From the NCBI GenBank assembly GCA_963809535.1, contig CAWEJW010000003.1, positions 25,987 to 89,986 of the forward strand: 64,000 nucleotides of DNA, read 5' to 3'. The DNA is from an uncultured Actinomycetes bacterium. Lineage in GTDB: Bacteria > Actinomycetota > Coriobacteriia > Anaerosomatales > CAVRZR01. This document shows positions 51,934-61,493 of the stretch, one piece after another (positions within the stretch are counted from its first letter, which is position 1; each line of letters opens with the position of its first letter). Below the pieces are notes generated by a model, which had not been told where the DNA came from, did not search any database, and was given only the letters and a program-made list of their open reading frames with translations. A program made the position numbers and the translations under genes.

Positions 51934-52089
51934 TCACCGTGCTTGGTAGCTCCCACACGCCTTGTCACTCTTCGAGCGCTTCTTCTCGTGATGGCGACAG
52001 AAGCCGCCCTTCTTGTCGGGGTCGAAGTTCTTGCAGCCGCCGCACACGTGCGCCGCGCTCTTCTTCGACTTTGCGGCCTTCTTGCCCAC
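51934..52089 (-). CDS. 51-aa Lys/Cys-rich microprotein
   Basis: AGGAG RBS before GTG; MGKKAAKSKKSAAHVCGGCKNFDPDKKGGFCRHHEKKRSKSDKACGSYQAR; fills the ppk2-sixA gap on the same strand. Confidence 0.7.
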   Translation of the reverse strand: MGKKAAKSKKSAAHVCGGCKNFDPDKKGGFCRHHEKKRSKSDKACGSYQAR

Positions 52090-52111
52090 AAACGGCTCCT
52101 GTGACTCGGAA

Positions 52112-52951
52112 TCAGTAGACCTCGGGAACGTGGGTCTGAGAATCGATCGGGGGCCGTACGTAGCCCCTCTTCGATTTCGACCGCGGGGGCAGCTCGAAGC
52201 AAGGGGGCAGCACGTCCTCATAGGGGATCTGGCTCAGGAGGTGGTGGATGCAGTTCAGGCGGGCGCGCTTCTTGACGTCGCCCTCGACGACCCACCACGG
52301 GGAGTCCTTGGTGTCCGTGTACTTGAACATCTCGTCCTTGGCTCTCGAGAACTCCTCCCAGCGCTTCCTCCCTTCGAGATCCGTCTCGGAGAACTTCCAG
52401 CGCTTCAGAGGGTTGTCGATCCGTTCTTGGAAGCGCATGTCCTGCTCTTCGTCCGAGATGGACAACCAGTACTTGATCAAGATGACCCCCGACCGGATGA
52501 GCATCCGCTCGAACTCCGGACAGTCCCGAAAGAACTCCTGCACCTGCTCTTCGGTACACCAGCCCATGACCCGCTCGACTCCGGGACGGTTGTACCAGGA
52601 GCGGTCGAAGAGCACGATCTCGCCTGATGCTGGGAGATGTGGCACGTAGCGCTGGAAGTACCACTCCGTCGTTTCACGTTCGGTGGGAACGGGCAGGGCA
52701 GCGACGCGGCAGACGCGCGGATTGAGCGCCTCGGTGATCCGCTTGATCACGCCGCCCTTGCCGGCAGCGTCACGGCCCTCGAAGATCACGACTACGCGCA
52801 GTCCCTCGTGCTTGACCCACTCCTGGAGCTTCACGAGTTCGATCTGAAGCTTCAGAAGCTCTTCTTCGTAGACGAAGCGGTCGAGCTTCCGGGGCTTGTC
52901 TTCCGCCGACTCTCTGTGACTGCTCTTCTTCGACCCAGCGGACTTGCCCAT
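52112..52951 (-). CDS. ppk2: Polyphosphate kinase 2
   Basis: FEGRDAAGKGG, WYFQRY, FDRSWYNR, KRWK.S, KKRARLN. Confidence 0.95.
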   Translation of the reverse strand: MGKSAGSKKSSHRESAEDKPRKLDRFVYEEELLKLQIELVKLQEWVKHEGLRVVVIFEGRDAAGKGGVIKRITEALNPRVCRVAALPVPTERETTEWYFQRYVPHLPASGEIVLFDRSWYNRPGVERVMGWCTEEQVQEFFRDCPEFERMLIRSGVILIKYWLSISDEEQDMRFQERIDNPLKRWKFSETDLEGRKRWEEFSRAKDEMFKYTDTKDSPWWVVEGDVKKRARLNCIHHLLSQIPYEDVLPPCFELPPRSKSKRGYVRPPIDSQTHVPEVY

Positions 52952-53243
52952 CCTCGCCCTCCCAATACCGCGCTTCCAGGCGCGCGGCCTGCACACTCGA
53001 TTGCTGTGTTGATCTGATCGGTGGGCCGAACGCCCTGCCTGGACGCGAGACGCGAGCCCTCGACGAACGTGACCATCCTACAGGAGGCGGAACCCACGCG
53101 TGTGAACAGGAGATACCTGCTCAAGCCTGTCCGAGTCGGGTACCAACTCCTTCGAAGGACCGTCAGGTGGAAGGACATCTTCTGAGCCGGTCCGTCCCCG
53201 TGGGCATCGTCACTGACTTCAGGGCAAGCCGGAAAGGAGCGTC

Positions 53244-54714
53244 ATGAGCGCGACACGAGAGAGCGCGGTCGCCGCACCCAGAGTAACCGCACAGACGCCG
53301 AGGCGATCGGCCTTGCAGGCCATCCCTCATCTCACGCCAGAAGAGCATGCAGCTCGAGGCAAGGCGGCCCGCGTCGAGGTGCCTCGACGGAGTCACGCCA
53401 TCTGGAATCCTCCGGAGAACAGACCCAATCCCGTCGACATGCTCGAATCGCAGGCGAAGATGCGGGTCCCGGAGTTGGTTCCAATCCGCTACGGGCGCAT
53501 GCTCGTGTCCCCGTTCGCTTTCTACCGCGGAGCCGCCTACATCATGGCATCGGATCTGGCCACGACGCCCCGGTCCGGTCTGACAGTCCAGCTCTGCGGC
53601 GATGCACACCTGTCCAACTTCGGAGGGTTCGCCTCTCCCGAGAGGCGCCTCGTCTTCGACATCAACGATTTCGACGAGACGCTTCCCGGGCCGTGGGAAT
53701 GGGACGTCAAGCGGCTTGCCGCGAGCTTCGAGGTCGCTGGGCGATACCGGGGGTTCTCGAAAGCGGATCGCCAGACCGCCATCCGGAATTCGGTTCAGGC
53801 TTACCGTGATTCGCTGCGCAGGTTCGCGAGCAATGCGGAACTTGGACGTGTGGTACGCACACATCGACGTGGAATCGCTGCTTCCCGGGATCGAGCGCAC
53901 GCTGGGAGCCAAGCAAGCCAAGACACTCGAAGCGAATCTCGCGAAGGGCCGGGCCAAGGACAGCATGAAGGCGTTCGCCAAGTTGACTCACTTGGTCGAC
54001 GGTCAGCCGCGGATCCTGAGCGATCCGCCACTCGTCGTGCCCATCGCAGAGCTCCTTCCTGAAACGGAGGCTGCAGACTTCGAGAAGGCAATCCGCAAGC
54101 TGCTTCGGGTCTACCGGGCAAGCCTGCAGAACGATCGGCGGGTCCTCGTCGAGGGCTACAAGTTCGCCGACATGGCTCGCAAGGTAGTCGGGGTCGGCAG
54201 CGTCGGCACTCGCGCTTGGATCCTCCTCATGCTCGGCCGAGACGATCAAGATCCCTTGTTCCTGCAGATCAAGGAGGCAGGCCCGTCCGTCCTCGAGGAG
54301 TTCCTCGGCGCCACCGCGTTCAAGAACGGAGGCCAGCGGGTCGTCGAGGGTCAGCGACTGATGCAGGCATCGAGCGACATCTTCCTGGGTTGGCTTCGCA
54401 CCACCGGCATCGACGGCGTGCAGCGCGACTTCTACCTGCGGCAGCTGTGGGACTGGAAGACCACCGTCGACATGGAGACTATCCGTCCCGTCGGCCTCGC
54501 GGAGTACGCCAAGCTCTGCGGCGCGACCCTCGCTCGTGCGCACGCACGTTCCGGCGACCGCATCGCGATCGCCGCCTACCTCGGTTCTGGCAGCGCGTTC
54601 GACGAAGCAGTCGCGGAGTTCGCCTTCGCCTACGCCGAGCAGAACCTGGTTGACTACGAGATGTTCAAAGCCGCTGTCGAAAGCGGAAGGCTCCAAGCCG
54701 AGACGGGTCTGTGA
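53244..54714 (+). pseudogene. DUF2252 family protein interrupted by an apparent 1-nt insertion near 53829
   Basis: 5' frame has RYGRM..SPF.FYRG, GDAHLSNFG, DINDFDE; 3' frame has KVVGVGSVG, LQIKEA, RQL.DWK, LARAHARSG. Confidence 0.85.
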
Positions 54715-54818
54715 CCGAGCGCCAGGCCTGCTACGCGGCCCCGAATGCGCCGCGACCCCGCGGCGGGCAGCCTCGGGGTCGCGTGCGACAGCGGTGGTGA
54801 GACGCTTGGGCGTCCCAG

Positions 54819-55178
54819 CTACACCGCGGGGGGCGGGGTTGGCGCTACTGGCTGGGGCGCGGCGAGTAGGGCCGTCGGCGGCATCGGCGCAGGCGGCGTC
54901 GCGGGCGTGGCCGCTCGGCTGCGCGCGGCGTGCCACACCACGAACAAGTAGACGACCGCCGAGATGTGGACGAAGAGGATGAGCACGATCCACAGGACCT
55001 TCTCATTCGCACTCTTCGAGGGATAGTCCTCCTGCTTGCGCACGATGGCGTCGATGAGCATCCACAACCAGAACAGTGGGAGCGCCACCGCAAAGAGGAT
55101 CCAGAACGATGCCTTCAATGCCAATGCGATTCCGACGACTCCCGTTGCGATCAGTCCGAGAACCACGAGCGCTTCCAT
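54819..55178 (-). CDS. PLDc N-terminal-like small membrane protein
   Basis: FWLWMLIDA..R, K.LW...I; Pro-rich tail. Confidence 0.75.
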   Translation of the reverse strand: MEALVVLGLIATGVVGIALALKASFWILFAVALPLFWLWMLIDAIVRKQEDYPSKSANEKVLWIVLILFVHISAVVYLFVVWHAARSRAATPATPPAPMPPTALLAAPQPVAPTPPPAV

Positions 55179-55211
55179 CTTCCCTGCTCCTCTCTGAAGA
55201 GACTCGGGCAG

Positions 55212-55988
55212 CTACGGCACGGTCTCGAGCGTTACCTCGCCGATCCCGCGCTGGACCGAGATCTCGATGGTGGATGTGGTCTCGCCGTATGCCCGATTGA
55301 CGAATGCGCCATCCTGGGTCGCGAACCCGTCGTCGGCTGTGAATGCACCGATGCCGCCTCGCTGGACTACGCGCACTCCGACTGCCCCAGGCAGCCGCAG
55401 AGTCAACTGTCCGACTCCTGCTTGAATCTGTGCACTGACGTCGTGGTTCCATTCGCCCGAGAAGTCGAGCGTCGAGTCGCCAGCACCCATACTCATCGTC
55501 AGCGTGCGCAGATCCAGTCCCCCGAAGGACAGATCGCTCGTGCCGGCGCCCAGCTCAACATCCAGGGTGAGGGGCACGTCCTTGGCGAGACGCACCGTCC
55601 AGCTGTTCTTCCCGCTGCCGAGCATGCTCGGCTGGAACTCGGGTTGCTCAACGATCAGGCGCCCGATCGGGACCCCCGTGCCTGCAACCTCATAGGACAC
55701 CATGGGCTTCAGGGAAGCCGGACGGTATTCGAACGTGGCGTCCAGAGCGTCGGCTCCGCCCGCCTCGAGGGCGAGCTCGCCCGCGCCCATGCGAACGATG
55801 GCATCAAGCTCCTTCGCAACACCGAGAGGAACTGTCGGCTCGTACGACCGCGTCGGGCCAGTCGACTCGTCATCACCGAGGTGGATCTGCTGGTTCGCCG
55901 GCAGCTCCTGCCGGTAACACCCCGCGAGCCCCACCGCCGCCACAGAGAGAACGACTGCGAGAGCGACCAGAACGATGCGCTTCATCAC
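55212..55988 (-). CDS. Toast-rack/DUF2154-like lipoprotein
   Basis: Lipobox LAGC; repeated GAG/G.G beta-solenoid turns. Confidence 0.8.
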   Translation of the reverse strand: MMKRIVLVALAVVLSVAAVGLAGCYRQELPANQQIHLGDDESTGPTRSYEPTVPLGVAKELDAIVRMGAGELALEAGGADALDATFEYRPASLKPMVSYEVAGTGVPIGRLIVEQPEFQPSMLGSGKNSWTVRLAKDVPLTLDVELGAGTSDLSFGGLDLRTLTMSMGAGDSTLDFSGEWNHDVSAQIQAGVGQLTLRLPGAVGVRVVQRGGIGAFTADDGFATQDGAFVNRAYGETTSTIEISVQRGIGEVTLETVP

Positions 55989-56872
55989 GCACCCCTTTCA
56001 ACGTTGCCCACGAGCATCACCTTCGCGTACTGCGCGTGGAGGTACCCGATACCCTTTGCCATCCACAGCGTCAGGAAGAAGAGCAGTACGCCGCCGACCA
56101 TCACGAACGGCATCGCCCAGGGGTACAGGTAGTAGCCGTACTCGAAGCCGCGGGCGATCGGCGTGTTGAACAAGACCTGGACGACAGGTGCCACGAACAG
56201 GGCCACCGAGAGCGCGAGGCCCGTGACTGCAATCGTGAAGTAGACGATCCCAAGCACCAGCTGCAGGAGCATGTAGAGCATCGTGGTCCACGTGCGGTAG
56301 TCCGTGAACCACCACTTGAAACGCTCCCACATGTTCCCCGTCACCGAAGGCATGCGAGGTCGCCTGGGCATGCGCACGCCCAGCAACCCTTCGACGATGC
56401 GTCCCTCTGCAAGCGATATCGCCCGCGCTGTTGCAATGAAGAGCAACGCGAAGGGAATCCCAATGATGAGGATGAGCAGCCCGAACGTCATGGACAGGCC
56501 CGTCACCACGACCGTGAAGTACACGATGCCGGTCGCGAGCGAGAGCAGCATGTAGAAGAGCGCGCCCCACGCAGACGAGTCGCCGATGATACCGAAGAAG
56601 CGTCCGTACCATGTGGCCGCCTGCCGGCGTTTCGGCGGACGAAGCACGATGGCGGCCGTGGCCTCGGCGTCGCGATAGGCCGAGGCGATCTCCTCGGGAG
56701 TGCCGTAGGCATCGATCGCCGCGGCCACGCCTTCGGGCGTGCTGCCATGTTCGGCGATGGCGCTCCGCAAGAAGTCCTCGGCGTCGTAGAGCGCGTCCTG
56801 AACGAGTGCGGGATCCGATCCCGCGAGAGCATTCCTGAGTTCCGCGAGGTATCCCTCGACTGTACTAGCCAA
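55985..56872 (-). CDS. HAAS plus putative-sensor domain membrane protein
   Basis: YL.EL..AL...D, YGTPEEIA, LATGIVYFT repeats; follows PadR. Confidence 0.8.
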   Translation of the reverse strand: MASTVEGYLAELRNALAGSDPALVQDALYDAEDFLRSAIAEHGSTPEGVAAAIDAYGTPEEIASAYRDAEATAAIVLRPPKRRQAATWYGRFFGIIGDSSAWGALFYMLLSLATGIVYFTVVVTGLSMTFGLLILIIGIPFALLFIATARAISLAEGRIVEGLLGVRMPRRPRMPSVTGNMWERFKWWFTDYRTWTTMLYMLLQLVLGIVYFTIAVTGLALSVALFVAPVVQVLFNTPIARGFEYGYYLYPWAMPFVMVGGVLLFFLTLWMAKGIGYLHAQYAKVMLVGNVERGA

Positions 56873-57233
56873 CGTTCCCCTCCAATGTCGCATCGACGAA
56901 GTCGCGTGTCCGCAACCACGCCGCCCTCCAGTCACCGAGGACCGCCCGACCGCGATCGGTGATCGCGTAGTACTTGCGCGGTGGCCCCGTAACACTTGGC
57001 TCGACCTGACTTGCGAGAAGCCCGTTTTCCTCCATCGAACGGAGCACGGGATAGAGCGTGCCTTGCTTCACGGGCGCCACCTGCTGCCACGCTCCCTCGA
57101 TGCTCTTCGCGATCTGGTAGCCGTAGAGCGGCACCGTCGTGCGATCGAGGATGGCGAGCAACACGAGCGCGACCGTGCCGGCATTCAGTTCCTTCTGAAA
57201 CTTGCGAAGCATGGCTTCGTCAGCTGCGTCCAC
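56865..57233 (-). CDS. PadR family regulator
   Basis: YGYQI, GTLYPVL, PRKYYAIT..G. Confidence 0.93.
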   Translation of the reverse strand: MDAADEAMLRKFQKELNAGTVALVLLAILDRTTVPLYGYQIAKSIEGAWQQVAPVKQGTLYPVLRSMEENGLLASQVEPSVTGPPRKYYAITDRGRAVLGDWRAAWLRTRDFVDATLEGNVG

Positions 57234-57279
57234 GACCCACCTCCAACCGGTTTCCTGCCAGGTGCTACGTACCCACCAA

Positions 57280-57336
57280 TAGTATTAACTTCACACTAGC
57301 CGCGGCTCATACTACTACTAAGTTCCGACTAGTCAA
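57280..57336 (-). promoter_or_regulatory. PadR operon promoter with two repeated operator-like boxes
   Basis: Minus strand TTGACT-16 nt-TAGTAT; boxes CTAGTCGGAACTTAGTAGTA and CTAGTGTGAAGTTAATACTA, 33 bp apart. Confidence 0.6.
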
Positions 57337-57420
57337 GGAGAATTCCGAGATTTCTTCTTTGGCCGCGCAGAGCGGGTACAAACACAGCGCAAGATAATGC
57401 GCCGAGGGGAGGTGTCACGG

Positions 57421-57723
57421 ATGCAGGAGCACGCACCAATGCAGGAGGAAGAGGTCGGCGTCGTTACCCACTACTGGACGGAGTTGGGGGTCGCAGGAAT
57501 CCACCTGTCAGCTCCCCTCGACGCGGGAGATCACATCCACGTGGTTGGACACACGAGCGACTTCGAGCAGGCCGTCGGGTCAATGGAAGCGGACCATCAG
57601 CAGATTCTGCACGCGGGCGCGGGAGAGGATGTCGGCGTGAGGATGGCCGAACACGCGCGTGAGCACGACCACGTCTACAAGCTTGTCCCGTCGGACGTGG
57701 GAGGCCAGGGCACGGAGCTCTAA
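57421..57723 (+). CDS. Small EF-Tu domain II-like beta-barrel protein
   Basis: VG.VTHY...GVA, GD.IH..GHTSDF.Q.V.SM, VYK; GGAGGTG RBS. Confidence 0.8.
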   Translation: MQEHAPMQEEEVGVVTHYWTELGVAGIHLSAPLDAGDHIHVVGHTSDFEQAVGSMEADHQQILHAGAGEDVGVRMAEHAREHDHVYKLVPSDVGGQGTEL

Positions 57724-57755
57724 CGGCGTTCGACGGAGTGTCAGACACGATGCAC

Positions 57756-57791
57756 AAAGAGAGAGGACCGCTCGATTCGAGCGGCCCTCTC
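57756..57791 (-). terminator. Intrinsic terminator
   Basis: Minus strand GAGAGGGCCGCTCGA-A-TCGAGCGGTCCTCTC followed by TCTTT. Confidence 0.75.
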
Positions 57792-57876
57792 GTCCATCGC
57801 TGCGGGACAGCGACGATGATTCGTTCGCTTGGTGGCTTCGCTTCTGGGGCCATATGCGCCCCATAGCGCCGCCGTC

Positions 57877-57945
57877 CTAGGCGGTCTCTACCTCCGCGAT
57901 ATCGACGGTGGACAGGACCAGCGCAGCGATGTTTGTACTACTCAA
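57877..57945 (-). CDS. Putative 22-aa sORF MSSTNIAALVLSTVDIAEVETA
   Basis: TTG start directly after AGGAGGTGATCCAGC; flanked by a candidate -10 element and a terminator. Confidence 0.5.
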   Translation of the reverse strand: MSSTNIAALVLSTVDIAEVETA

Positions 57946-58080
57946 CGCTGGATCACCTCCTCGGTCGGCGGGTCGCCGGATCGCGCCCTCGGGTTGCACC
58001 CGTGGCGGTCAGCCTAGCAAGAGACGAGCCGACCAGCAAGGCTAAAGGCGACTCCTGAGGCGCAAGCACGCACGCGGGCG

Positions 58081-59097
58081 CTAGGCGGATTCGGTCACCA
58101 GGGCGCTGTCGCATTGGAGCTCGGTTGGCGCTTCCACGTCGATCCTGCCACGGACGCGTTCCCGGCCGCGCGGGCAACGGTTGCCCCACGCGTCGAGGAA
58201 CTCGCCCTCCTTGAGCACGACCACGACCTCGCAGTCGTTAGCGCAGCCGCCGCACTCGTGACCGCGCGTCACGAAGTCCAAGTCGCCCACTGAGAAGTCG
58301 AAGTACGATTCCTTGCCGCTCTCCATCGCGACGATGGCCACGCCGATCGCGCCCATCAGGTGGCCGTCGTCATCGACGGCCACGTCGAGCCCGGTGATCT
58401 CGCGGAACGAGCGCACCACGCCCACGTTCTTGCTCACCCCGCCCTGGAACACTGCTGGCGAGAGGATCTCCTTGCCCTTGCCCACGTTGTTCAGGTAGTT
58501 GATGACGATCGCGTTGCAGAGCCCGGCGACCAGGTCCTCGGTCGGATGACCCATCTGCGCCTTGTGGACGAGATCGGACTCGGCGAACACGGTGCAGCGG
58601 CCAGCGATCTTCGTCGGCTTGTTAGAGCGCATCGCATACTCGCCGAACTCCTCGACTGCAACACCGAGACGCCTCGCCTGCGACGAGAGGAACGACCCCG
58701 TGCCAGCCGCGCACAGCGTGTTCATCGCGTAATCGACCGGAACCCCATCGCGCACGATGATGACCTTGCTGTCCTGCCCGCCTATCTCGAAGATCGTACG
58801 TACGTCCGGGTAGCGTGACAGTGTCCCGACGGCGTGAGCCGTGATCTCGTTCTTCACCACGTTCGCGCCGAGCACGGCGCCGATGAGCTCGCGCGCCGAG
58901 CCGGTGGTCCCGACAGACATCACGTGGACGTCAGCACCTTCCAGCTGGCTCTCGAGCTCATGGAGGATCTGCTTGACCGCGCGCACCGGGTTGCCCTCGG
59001 TCCACAGGTAGCAGCGCGCAAGGACGTTGAGGTCGCCGTCGATCACGACAGCCTTGCTCGAGATCGAGCCGACGTCGACACCGAGGTATGCCTTCAT
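58081..59097 (-). CDS. 2-hydroxyacyl-CoA dehydratase activase (BadF/BcrA-type ATPase)
   Basis: GVDVGS, TGS.R, EITAH, IGGQDSK, CAAGTGSF, CTVFAES; C-terminal CGGCANDC. Confidence 0.93.
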   Translation of the reverse strand: MKAYLGVDVGSISSKAVVIDGDLNVLARCYLWTEGNPVRAVKQILHELESQLEGADVHVMSVGTTGSARELIGAVLGANVVKNEITAHAVGTLSRYPDVRTIFEIGGQDSKVIIVRDGVPVDYAMNTLCAAGTGSFLSSQARRLGVAVEEFGEYAMRSNKPTKIAGRCTVFAESDLVHKAQMGHPTEDLVAGLCNAIVINYLNNVGKGKEILSPAVFQGGVSKNVGVVRSFREITGLDVAVDDDGHLMGAIGVAIVAMESGKESYFDFSVGDLDFVTRGHECGGCANDCEVVVVLKEGEFLDAWGNRCPRGRERVRGRIDVEAPTELQCDSALVTESA

Positions 59098-60185
59098 GCG
59101 GACCGCCTGTTCCTCATCCGGAGCATGTCGCAGAATGCGTCGAGCCGTGTCTGGAGGCCTGTTTCGGAGGCCTGAGCGTCGTAGCTGATGAACAGGATCG
59201 GGAACGTATGCTCTCGCGAAAGCCGTTGCAGAGCGGCCATGGCATTCACCTCGGGCATACAGCCGAAGGGCTTCAAGTGCAGCACCCCGTCGAAGCCCTC
59301 TCGCATGAGCTTGTGCGTCATCGCGACACTCCCGGTTCCGTCCGCGCCAACGTGGTACTTGAGGTACGGATCCGCGAGCGCGAGCAACTCCTTCATGTGC
59401 GGTTCAGCTCGCTTACCGGAGTTCGCCACCATGTCGCTTACGGTGACGAACCGATGCACTTCGCAGCCGCGTCGCGCGAGTTCCTTCTCGACGAAGAAGT
59501 TGGAGAACGGCTCCATAAGCACGTAGATCTCGCCGACGATCCCGACGCGCAGGAGGTCGGGCGGGCGCTCGGTTGGGATGGCGCGCATCCGAGTCATGTA
59601 GGCGGATTCGACCGCGTCGACACTCGCGCAGTCCCGCGTCTGAGCGAGCTCGGCCATGAACTCGGCGAACGTGCGCTCGAACATCCCCTGTTCGACTTCG
59701 AAGCCACAGTTCTTGCGTGCGAAGTCCTCTATGCGGTCCAAGGCCTGCGTCTGACGCAGCGCGAGGCGGTAGGTACGCACGACCCGCGCCATTGACAGAC
59801 GCGGGTTCACCTTCTTCAGCTGTCGACGGTAGCCGCGTATGGAGAATCCGCTCAACAGCCGAAGCATCTCGAACTCGTAGCCCAGGTCGCGGAGGATCTG
59901 CTCCTGGACCTCGCCGTAGTAGCCGAAGCGGCATCCCCCGCCCGCCTGAATGAGCAGGTTGGCACCCTTGTCGAGGGCCTCGATGAAGTTGCCCAGGTTG
60001 TACTTGAACGGGATGCAGACGAACTCCGGGCTGTAGCGCGCGCCGAGCTCCAGCGTTCGCTTCGTCATCTTCGGCGGAACGAGGATCTCGCAGTCGAGCA
60101 TGCTGCCCAGGGTGCACATGGGGAGCGAATAGCTGCCCATGTGGGGGAAGCTTACGCACAGGTCTTTGCGCACCTCGCGAACCAT
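59094..60185 (-). CDS. 2-hydroxyacyl-CoA dehydratase-like subunit
   Basis: SPE..C.PFK..LG, GCRFGYY, GIVGEIY, PFGCMPE, TRL.AF. Confidence 0.85.
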   Translation of the reverse strand: MVREVRKDLCVSFPHMGSYSLPMCTLGSMLDCEILVPPKMTKRTLELGARYSPEFVCIPFKYNLGNFIEALDKGANLLIQAGGGCRFGYYGEVQEQILRDLGYEFEMLRLLSGFSIRGYRRQLKKVNPRLSMARVVRTYRLALRQTQALDRIEDFARKNCGFEVEQGMFERTFAEFMAELAQTRDCASVDAVESAYMTRMRAIPTERPPDLLRVGIVGEIYVLMEPFSNFFVEKELARRGCEVHRFVTVSDMVANSGKRAEPHMKELLALADPYLKYHVGADGTGSVAMTHKLMREGFDGVLHLKPFGCMPEVNAMAALQRLSREHTFPILFISYDAQASETGLQTRLDAFCDMLRMRNRRSA

Positions 60186-60192
60186 GGTCGTC

Positions 60193-61137
60193 CTATTCCG
60201 AGACCGACATCGACGCGCGCCGCGCGGTGTGGGAACGACGGAACTCGATGAGGTCGACGAAACTCTCGATGCGCGTGCGCAGGCCCGCTTCACCCTGAAG
60301 CTCGTCGAGCACGATCACGAGGATCGGCTTGTCCTTGATCCTGCGCACACAGAGCTCCGTCATGAGCGAGTCAGGCCCGCAGGGGAACGTCACGAGGAAC
60401 ACGATGCCGTCAACCTGATCGCGGTAGCGCTCGACCGCGCCCAATAGCTCCTTGTTGTAGGTCCAGGGGATGTCGATCGAGAGCCGCTTGGAAAGTCGAC
60501 GCGACAGGTCGCGATCGTGCATCTCCGCCGCGATCGGAATGACCCCGAGCTGCTCGAGCGTCCGGACGATAGGCAGGCCGAGGAGCTCGTCCTCGAGGTT
60601 GTAGCCATGACCGACAACCAGCACCTTCGTGCCGCCCAGCTCGAGCGCCGCCTCTTGTATGCGTGTGCGCTCCAGAAGGAAGCGGTTCTCTTCGCGCTTC
60701 GCGCGCTGGTACGCGAGCCATGCAGACACAGGCTTGCCGCGCAGGTCGCGACCGAGTCTGCAGAACTCCGAGCGCTCGGTGCGACCGGCGGTCACGTCGA
60801 CGTTGTATTCCAGAAGTTCGACGCCTTGGACGAGGTTGCGTACAACGTCGTACGCGCCGAGGAACTTTACGCACGCTGTCTCGCCCCGCTCCACCGAAAC
60901 GATCCTCGGAATCAGGATGAGGTCGGCGCGGTCCTTGAGCGTGTCCACGTGGCCGAGCAGGATCTTCAGCGGCAGGCAGGTCTCATCGACCGCGAGTCGG
61001 ATCCCCCGGTCGAGGATCGCTCGGTTGCTTGGCGGACTCTCCACGGTCTCCACGTCGAGGCTCTCGAAGAAGGACTTCCAGAGCACGCGGTAGCGATGAT
61101 AGAGGAGAGACCTCGGCAGTCCTATCGTGGGCCCCAC
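60193..61137 (-). CDS. Acyl-CoA dehydratase activase-related protein (DUF2229)
   Basis: IGLPR.L, ETCLP.K...GHV, C.KF.G, GH.YN..D, F.CGPDS, TRIESF. Confidence 0.87.
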   Translation of the reverse strand: MGPTIGLPRSLLYHRYRVLWKSFFESLDVETVESPPSNRAILDRGIRLAVDETCLPLKILLGHVDTLKDRADLILIPRIVSVERGETACVKFLGAYDVVRNLVQGVELLEYNVDVTAGRTERSEFCRLGRDLRGKPVSAWLAYQRAKREENRFLLERTRIQEAALELGGTKVLVVGHGYNLEDELLGLPIVRTLEQLGVIPIAAEMHDRDLSRRLSKRLSIDIPWTYNKELLGAVERYRDQVDGIVFLVTFPCGPDSLMTELCVRRIKDKPILVIVLDELQGEAGLRTRIESFVDLIEFRRSHTARRASMSVSE

Positions 61138-61493
61138 ACGACCTCCTGTGCCGCGCTGCGTCGCGGCGTTCCTGCAATCACACGACCCGCCGATGGATGC
61201 GGGCCAACGTTGGTTGGGTCCGAGCCTGGCTCGTATGCGGTTCCTTCCCGCACGCGGGCTCGCTCGCGTGCCGGGCTGGGTCGTTGCCTGCGCCAAAGCC
61301 CGTGCGAGCAGGCGCGCCCTCGCGAGAGGTGGTCGGTAGTATACCCGTTCTTGCCTAGCACGCGACTAAGGGAAGATGTGACAGCTCCCGCAGCGTGCGC
61401 AGTGGCGTGGCCGTTGCATATAATGGGCGTCACCTGCTCAGATGACCTGCGGCGTCGAACCGCCGCATTCGTCCACACGCACGGAGGACCGGC

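Noticed and set aside
57947-57961. 16S rRNA gene fragment
   Set aside because: Only 15 nt match the 16S 3' end and the flanks do not resemble 16S or ITS sequence. It is better read as an extended SD on the minus strand.
61350-61493. RiPP precursor upstream of the radical SAM gene
   Set aside because: No short ORF with a convincing RBS and stop codon in this interval.
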